In this document: positions 55,821 to 64,000 of the stretch, one piece after another | Numbering within the stretch: the stretch's first letter is position 1 | Layout of the letters: every line of letters starts with the position of its first letter | Assembly (NCBI GenBank): GCA_951406725.2 | Contig: OX597817.1 | Coordinates: 101,494,001 to 101,558,000, forward strand | DNA: 64,000 bases | Source: Octopus vulgaris | Taxonomy: Eukaryota | Direction: 5' to 3' | Position numbers and translations under genes: made by a program | The notes under the pieces: generated by a model | What the model saw: only the letters and a program-made list of their open reading frames with translations | The model's database searches: none | What the model was told of the DNA's origin: nothing

Positions 55821-55868
55821 TGAACGCACCTCATATCTATCTATCTATCTATTTATCTATCATTCTAC

Positions 55869-55925
<57 letters not shown>

Positions 55926-56049
55926 AGTCTGTCTGTCTGTCTGTATGTCTATCTATCTATCGATCGATCGATCAACCTATATATATATATATATATATTT
56001 ATATATAGATATATGTACGGGTGTGTGTGATTGTGTATAGAAGAATATA

Positions 56050-57570
56050 TTAATAAAAGGAATTCCAGCCTTGTCTAATTTTCACGTTTTATTTACAATC
56101 TTATAATGATATAAGATAATATAATATAATAAAATAAAATAAAATAAAATAATAGAATGTTAAATGTTCATTCTGATTGAACTAGTACTTTCATGCATTA
56201 AATTCCGCAATCTTCAGGTTCATGTAGTAGTGGTGACAGTCATGCTTCACAATTTTTGACTGTAGCGAGATGATTGAATCTGTGCCTTAAATACAGCTGT
56301 GTAGGCTCCAGGTTGCTAGGTTTTGCAAACTGTATTCTGACCAATCAGTGTGTAGTATCACTCAATTACTTAAGCTGATTGATTGGTTGAGCTGATTGGT
56401 TTAGGCGTCACGCTTTGTTGGACATGTCAAGAGTCCTGTATCTTAACCCTGGCCGAGGCAGCAATTGTTGGGCTATTTTTAGAAATGTTGTAAATAGCCT
56501 TTATCAGAGATTTTTATATTTTTATATTTCAATTGTCATCATCATCATTGTCAGCACCTTAATTATTGCTGCTAGTGGTGATGGTGGTGGCAATAGAACT
56601 TTTAACCCTAAATAAGATAATTTTCCTGCTATCTAAGTATTATTATTATTGCTTATTTAGCTTGGGTTCGAATTTATCAATAAAATTCTTTTCTCTGATT
56701 TTCCTCTCGATTTCACTTGGGCTGTGTCATTTGTAGAATGGAAATATTATATATGTTTTCCGACCACATGTTGCTAGGTGGTTACTTAAAGGTATCTGAC
56801 GGACCTCTGGGTCTTTAATCTGTTGTCGGTGTACACGTGAGCGTTCTGATAGTGCATTTCCCGTCTGACCTACATATATTTCTTCACAATTTGGGCATTT
56901 GATGCAGTAAATTAAATTTCTGCTTTTGCAGTTCATATTCGCGTTTGTGAATATTTTCCCGGTTTTTGTGTTTATATATTGGCCGGTATGTATGAATTGG
57001 CATGTGCCACATCGGCTATCATTGCATTTAGATACAGTGAATGTTTGGTCTTTGTTGCTAAGGTCAAATTTTGCCTTTGTTAGTAATTTAATCAAGTTTT
57101 TAGGCTGTCTTTTACTAAGAACCATAGCTCGATCCGTGATTATGTCTTTTAATTTATTACTTTGGGCAATGATTGGTAGGTTTGCTTTGGCAATGTTGAA
57201 GATATTCTGGTGACATGGGTTGTGTGTCACTATGAATGGTATGACTTGTTCATGTTTTCCTCTTCCTTGGGTTGTCCTAAGTTGTTGTATGGGTATTTTT
57301 ATAGCCCGCTGTATGTCATTTTCTATAAGTAGAGATGGGTATTTTTGTGTGAGCAAAAATTCTCTTAGTTCTGTTAGGCGTTTGTTCCTGATATTTGCAT
57401 CTTCTATAATGGTACAAATTCTTCTGGCTAGGCAGTATGGGATGTTGCGTTTTGCATGTGGTGGATGACACGACTTAAAATTTAGGTATTGATGTGTGTC
57501 TGTGTGTTTATAGTATATATCTGTGGTGATGGTGGTGTCTTTTTTAATTACCATTATATCTAGGAATGGT
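56050..57570 (-). mobile_element. 5'-truncated Penelope-like element (thumb, linker, GIY-YIG, pLTR)
   Basis: ORF 56727..57554, 275 aa: YYKHTDTHQYL...HPPHAKRNIPY...CNDSRCGTC...NLIYCIKCPNCEEIYVGQT. Confidence 0.9.
56178..56222 (-). ncRNA. Minimal type I hammerhead ribozyme, intact core
   Basis: Minus strand: TGAAC CTGAAGA TTGC..GCAT GAA AGTACT A / GTTCA. 5-bp stem I, palindromic stem III, CUA triplet. Confidence 0.8.
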
Positions 57571-57589
57571 AACGATTTAAATTCCTGGA

Positions 57590-57671
57590 TTTTCCTGAAG
57601 AGAAAGCTGCAAAATGGTCTCCTTATTCAATCCGAATTTGGAAATTTGCAGCCTTTGAACATGTGTAGAAA
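57590..57671 (+). ncRNA. Hammerhead motif of the 17051-17130 family, one A missing from GAAA
   Basis: TTTTC CTGAAGA GAAAGCTGCAAA..TTTGCAGCCTTT GAACATGTGTA / GAAAA. The loop ATGGTCTCCTTATTCAATC(C/G)GAATTTGG is shared with 17051-17130. Confidence 0.7.
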
Positions 57672-57750
57672 ATAATAAAAGGAATTTTGTAGAATCTTCG
57701 TTCAGCTCCATTTCTTCCCTTCACTAAATATATTTATATATATAGATATA

Positions 57751-57807
<57 letters not shown>

Positions 57808-57849
57808 CAATAATAATTCTCTAAACGAGATATAGACAGTAACTGCTCC

Positions 57850-58164
57850 ATAACATAAGGGACGTTAGCCATCTGAATGTGGCTAGGGACAGGGCAGGGC
57901 GGTGGGGGTGTTACTGATGCATTTAGCCCCAGGCGATCATCAACGTCACCAGGAGGGGTGACGCCATCACGGCGTCCTCTAGCCTGCAAAGGGAGATCAT
58001 TCCCCGAAGAAGCGGATGCCACCTTTGCAGGCCAGAGGACGCCGTGATGGCGTCAGCCCTCCTGGTGACGTTGATGATCGCCTGGGGCTAAATGCATCAG
58101 TAACACCCCCACCGCCCTGCCCTGTCCCTAGCCACATTCAGATGGCTAACGTCCCTTATGTTAT
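57850..58164. repeat. GC-rich foldback: 143-bp arms, 29-nt spacer, 2 mismatches
   Basis: 57850-57992 is the reverse complement of 58022-58164; lies between (TA)n tracts. Confidence 0.95.
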
Positions 58165-59782
58165 ATATATATATATATATATATATATAGCTAGTGCTCA
58201 ATTTAATGTCCCCTATTTTAATTTTTGTTTTTTATTTTTATTTTTATCTTTATTTTTATTTTCATTTTTTATTTTTGATCTTATTTTTGATCATATCCCG
58301 TCTCAATTTTTTTCTTTGTCTCTTAATTTTTTTTGTCTCTTTCTTTTCTTTCTTTTCTGATTTACCCATACACCTCTTTAACTTGCTAATTACTCACTTA
58401 TAATGTATTTACAATGGTTTGCAACCGCCACACACAGACATTTAGAATATGTAGATCCCTTTTGCGTGTGTGCGGGAATGAATCTACCTGTTATACCTGT
58501 GTCTGTACATATGCATATATGCATATTTTTGTGTATATGCATATTTTTGTGTATATGCATAGGGATTTACTCCCTCATGTGTGTGAATGCGTGCGTGAGT
58601 GTGGGTTTATGCATATTTTTGTGCATAAACATAGAGATCTACTTCCTCATGTGTGTGAGTGTGTGTGTGAGCGTGTGTGTATGTGCGTATGTACGTGTAT
58701 GTGTATACGTACGTATGCACGTCAGCTCTTGTACCCAACTACATGCGCCTTTTTTCCGTATGTATGTGTATATTGAGATATTTATGTATGTGCGCATATA
58801 CGTATATAAGTGTGTAGACGTGAGAGCTTTATATATGTACGTGTGAGTATATATTTGTATGTATACGAGTGCGTATGATGAGGCGCGTTAATGTATTTGC
58901 TTTTATGTATTTAGCTTGTGCGGGTTTAGGTATCAGTACGTAGCGGGACGTATGTATATGCGTACCCCTGTCGGTATTTTTACACGAGAGTACGTATGTA
59001 TATATACGTGTGGATGTGTATATGTATGCATGCGTGTACGTATGTACATGTTGACCATTAGTAACAAAGACAATTTACGAGGAAGTAGATAAACTGTTTA
59101 GCCACAAACCAGACAACCGAGACCGACCATCCACTTGGTCTCCAGACATTTAAGTTAATTTATGACACCCGCCATTACACCCTTAGGCTTCAACAACCGG
59201 AATATGTCATCTTTCCGTATCTTACGTTATCTCCTGACCACCCTTTTAGTTCTTCACCCTTTTAGTTCTTCACCCCTTTCTTCATCCCTTTATATATTTT
59301 TTTAATTTTCTTATCCTTACTTTTTCTTCGTCCTTATTTTTCGCTTCTTTATCTTTATCTCTATTTATTTATATTCTCTTGTTTTTTTTCACGTCTGTGT
59401 GTATTTATGTATTCATATATTTATATATTTATACATTTATATACTTAGATACTTTTTTTATATTCTTATATATTTTTTTATATTCTTATATCTTTTTTAT
59501 ATATTTTTCTAATTTTTACTCTTTTGTAATTTTTTACTCTTTTACTACCTTTTGCACCTACTACCCTCCCCCTTTGTGACCCCTAACTCACTAAAGACTC
59601 ACCCCCATCCCATTCCCTCTCTACCTCAACATCCAAGCTTCCTCATTCTACATCGAGTGAAAAACGGGATGGACGTTTTGATTTTGTTCTGGTGCCTCGC
59701 TCTGTCATACGCGACTATGAGGATTTGCATCCCCAACGTAAAACTTATAATGTAATACATGTCCTTGAAGTAGTAATTGTAC

Positions 59783-59869
59783 GCGGCTGAAGAAGGCTAT
59801 AGACACACATTTACATCAATTATGCATTGTTATAAACCGTCTAATAAAGGCCCGAAACATATGTACCGC
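59783..59869 (+). ncRNA. Type I hammerhead ribozyme, intact core, extended stem II
   Basis: GCGG CTGAAGA AGGCTATAGAC...GTCTA..AGGCCC GAA ACATATGT A / CCGC; ends about 30 nt before (TA)n. Confidence 0.8.
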
Positions 59870-59902
59870 TAAATCCTTTGCATCATGTTTTTATTTTGAT
59901 AA

Positions 59903-60007
<105 letters not shown>

Positions 60008-60177
60008 TGCAATATTTTTTCAGATGGTCAGTTGGAATTTTACCAGTCTGGATAACCTTGATAATGCTGTATCAATGTATATTTTGGAAGGTATTATTTT
60101 TAGTTTTAATGATATTTTATATACATATACATACATACACACACACAAACACACACATATACATATGCATATACGTA

Positions 60178-60290
<113 letters not shown>

Positions 60291-60731
60291 TAGTGCAACT
60301 AAAACAATTGTTGGATTTTTAAGGTATGTATTTTTTGTTATATATACATAGATAACATCTTGGTGCTCAAACAAGTGAATCAATCGTCAGCAAACTTTGT
60401 ATACAATTATAGTCTAACTGGATTTCAATAAATGTCAATAATGGTATGACTAGGTAGTTGAGCTCTTACATGATAAAATGAGAAGGGTGCAAAAGTTTTA
60501 GATTGAGGGAAATGTGGCATAATGAGGGTGGCTAGTATCAGGTAAGGAGAGGAGACAGGAAGAGATCAACATACAAAGAATGTGAGAGAGAGAGAACGAC
60601 TACAGAGACGTCTTCCATATATATATAAAAGAGAGATTTGTGTGCGTGTGTGTATGTGTGTGTGAGTGTGTGGGTGTGGATGTGTGTCTGTGTGTGTGGA
60701 TGTGTGTGTGTGTGTGCGTATTTTCTTTATG

Positions 60732-60980
60732 CATTCGAAAACTGAGCTGCCGATTTTGACGTATGGAGTATCAAATGATTCAGTAATCTTATGACTACCA
60801 AATATTATTTATTTAAATTTTACATATGCGCATTACAAAAATTTCCATAAGTCAGCTATCTTTTCTAAAAGTCTGCTATCGTAAACATTTTATACCACGA
60901 CGACGTCACATTTTTTATATGATTGTGTACTTTAAAAGACATTCATTTCTCTATATGTTATGACGAAATACAGTCACTTA

Positions 60981-61011
<31 letters not shown>

Positions 61012-61984
61012 ATGCACACGCACTCGCACTCATATATACAAAAAAGGTGCATGCACATGTATATATATATGCGTATATGAAAGATTTGTGTGGGAGAGAC
61101 ACAGAGAGAGACCGTGTGAGTACCACTTACATATGCATGACAACACACCTTCACTCACTCTCTCTCTCCTCCTCCTCCCTCTCTCACGCACACACACACA
61201 CGAACACACACACACACGTCCGATTCATATACACGTACGTACACCTTTCACTTTCTCTTCTCTTTCACTTTATGCACTCACTTCAAAACAAAATTCGCGG
61301 TTTCACTTTCTCTTCTTTTCAAAGCATAAGGAAATTAAAAAAAATTACGGAAATTATCGAACACATTCGAAAACTGAGTTGCCGATTTTGAGCTTTGGGG
61401 TATCAAAAGATTCAGTAACCTTTCGGTGGCTAACAAATAAGCTTTATTTTCATTTACATATTTGCATTACAAAAACGGAACATTATAATCTTTCTATAAT
61501 CCAGCTATCCTAAATGACATTTTATTCCACGACAACGACGACGTCACATTTTCTATATGAGTATGTACGTTAAAAGACATTCATTTCTCTATATGTTATG
61601 AGGAAATACTGTCACTCACTTTCTCTCTCGCATGCACACGCACAGATACAAGCAAAAAAGATATATGAATATGTATTTATGTACGTGAATATGAAAAATA
61701 ATGTGTGGGAGAGAGAAAGAGGGAGACAGAGAAAGGGGGAGAGAGCGAGTGAGTGCTACTTATACATACATGCAAAAAATACATACATGACAACACGCAC
61801 CTTCTCTCTCTCTCACACACACACGCACACATACACACACGCGTACATTTCATATACACGTACATACATCTTTTACTTTCTCCTCTCTCTTCAAAGCAAA
61901 TGTCGCCTTCTCAATTTCTCTTTCAGTTTCTGCCCTCTTCAAAGCATAAAGAAATAAAAACATTTCATGGAAATTAACGAACAA
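60732..61984. repeat. Diverged tandem repeat, ~630-bp unit, two copies
   Basis: CATTCGAAAACTGAG(C/T)TGCCGATTTTGA at 60732 and 61364; collinear ACGACGTCACATTT and AAAAGACATTCATTTCTCTATATGTTATGA blocks. Confidence 0.85.
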
Positions 61985-62089
61985 TCATATGATACCATAT
62001 GATTGATGATATAATCGAGTTGACCACTTTCCTGTTTCAAACGAAAAAATGCCATAAAATACCTTCTTTTGGTACACACGCGCGCACGT

Positions 62090-62189
<100 letters not shown>

Positions 62190-63206
62190 GGTAAACGTCT
62201 GTATGAATTCTGTTATTCCTTGCTATGTGCAAGCGCAAAATTACAGCTCAAATCCAATTGAAATCAGCTTTTTCTGTAATTCGTGTTTGTGATGAGTATA
62301 TTTAACAACCTGATCTACGATATAAAAGAAGTTCTCCCAGAATTCCTAAATTTCTTCTGATTACTATGTTTTCAGTAGACAAGATTAGGATTTCGCCCCA
62401 AAACACGTTCTCAATATTTTAAGTTTCTCCCTAATTCATTTTTTTTGCGTCTTTCGAATTTTTTTCTTGGTAATTCAGGGAGAAAAAAAACAGTGTACAA
62501 ATCTTTAAGAATTTTCTTCTTTCTTTTTTTCTTATAGAAACACTAATATCTCCTTCCCAAACATCCACCCATCACCTCACCATTTTGGAAAGCGGGGAAG
62601 TTTCTTCAGATATAATGTCGTTTAGCTGTTGTTTCTAGCATGTTGGGTTTTCTGGTGGTGGTCTAATATTTGTTACGTCTGCTATATCAGTACTTTTCTA
62701 TGCATGCCTGAGACGAAAGTGAAACATAGGGTGCTTTTAACTTTTTGAAAGCGAGTAGGTGATGGGTGGTTGAGGTGAGTAAAGGGGCATTGAGTGTTTC
62801 TTTAGGAAAAATTAAATTTTAAAATAATTTTTTTATTTTGCCAGATTCATAATCTCTGTATTTTCCTATATAAATAAAAACAAATATTCGCAAAAAGTTA
62901 CAAATTAAGAAACCGCAGTGTGGAAACAAACATTTGAAAACTGATTTCTGGACAAAATCGTATTAACCCCCTTTTATACGATGAAACAATACATAGTTTG
63001 TGATCCTTCTTAAGAACAAAAAGCACTTTCATGCAAACCCATGCAAATCATGCCCAACCCTTCACTTTCAAACAAACAATAACTTCCATTACGCTAGTAA
63101 TTCAGTTCACTATATATCAGCTGTGCTGATTCTGCCCATAAGAAAGGAACAAATAATACAATATGGCTGTAGGTCATAACACCCGGGCAATATATATGTA
63201 TGTATA

Positions 63207-63352
<146 letters not shown>

Positions 63353-63582
63353 AATAGAAATATTAAAATAACTAAGTCTCTCTAAAAGAGAACAGCGGCA
63401 GCGTTCCCGGAAAATAATAGTTATCGCCATACTAATATGGCATTCTTATAAAAATAAGAAAAAAGCTGTCCGCTTATTAGCTCCATGAGGCCATCGCCTT
63501 AAGTTAGCTATTTGATACACAAACTGTATCCATATAACCTTCGAACAAGGGAGGTCAGTCGCTCCACACTACTTGACCGGCA

Positions 63583-63624
63583 GCTACAGACGCGTTTCAG
63601 GGTATTGCCCCTTTTCAATGCAGC
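63583..63624 (-). ncRNA. Minimal type I hammerhead, U3-A8 core
   Basis: Exact reverse complement of 63839-63880. Confidence 0.8.
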
Positions 63625-63838
63625 GTAGCCAGCCAGTAGGTGTCGCTTCCGACAATCTCTGTTCGATGGTTTTATTTACCTAGTTTCGGTGGAATACATC
63701 CACTTGTTTTCAATAATAGAAATAATAAAATAACTAAGTCTCTCTAAAAGAGAACAGCGGCAGCGTTCCCGGAAAATAATAGTTATAATAAAACCATCGA
63801 ACAGAGATTGTCGGAAGCGACACCTACTGGCTGGCTAC

Positions 63839-63880
63839 GCTGCATTGAAAAGGGGCAATACCCTGAAACGCGTCTGTAGC
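63839..63880 (+). ncRNA. Minimal type I hammerhead, U3-A8 core
   Basis: GCTGCA TTGAAAA GGGG-CAATA-CCCT GAA ACGCGT C / TGTAGC. 6-bp stem I (one GU), 4-bp stem II, palindromic stem III, GUC triplet. Confidence 0.8.
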
Positions 63881-64000
63881 TGCCGGTCAAGTAGTGTGGA
63901 GCGACTGACCTCCCTTGTTCGAAGGTTATATGGATACAGTTTGTGTATCAAATAGCTAACTTAAGGCGATGGCCTCATGGAGCTAATAAGCGGACAGCTT

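Noticed and set aside
57702-58360. Two opposite-strand ORFs sharing an identical peptide (LQARGRRDGV...)
   Set aside because: A direct consequence of the inverted repeat; both run into (TA)n.

Overview
AT-rich, microsatellite-dense eukaryotic DNA. The repeat landscape suggests a cephalopod, probably Octopus (inference). I can reconstruct one intact host gene: a 5-exon, 507-aa secreted protein (signal peptide, MIDAS-positive VWA, Thr-rich stalk, degenerate MIDAS-less VWA) at 9828-13868 (+). An intronless SelW/Rdx-family selenoprotein copy with an in-frame CxxU TGA lies at 19427-19648 and is missed by the ORF track. The rest is mobile DNA. It includes at least five Penelope-like (RT + GIY-YIG) remnants and about eleven minimal type I hammerhead ribozyme motifs. 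A very young 362-nt hammerhead-bearing non-coding element (retrozyme-like) sits at the window end, and a tRNA-headed hammerhead element near 39 kb. A full-length Tx1-clade LINE with a 16-bp TSD is nested inside a SINE inside a Penelope element, and shares its 3' tail with a different SINE family. Also present: a cluster of (TAA)n-associated R4/Dong LINEs, tandem Helitrons, maT/mariner fossils and a CR1 fragment. Most ORF-track entries are microsatellite or antisense artefacts. All calls were made by eye; boundaries of degraded repeats are approximate.
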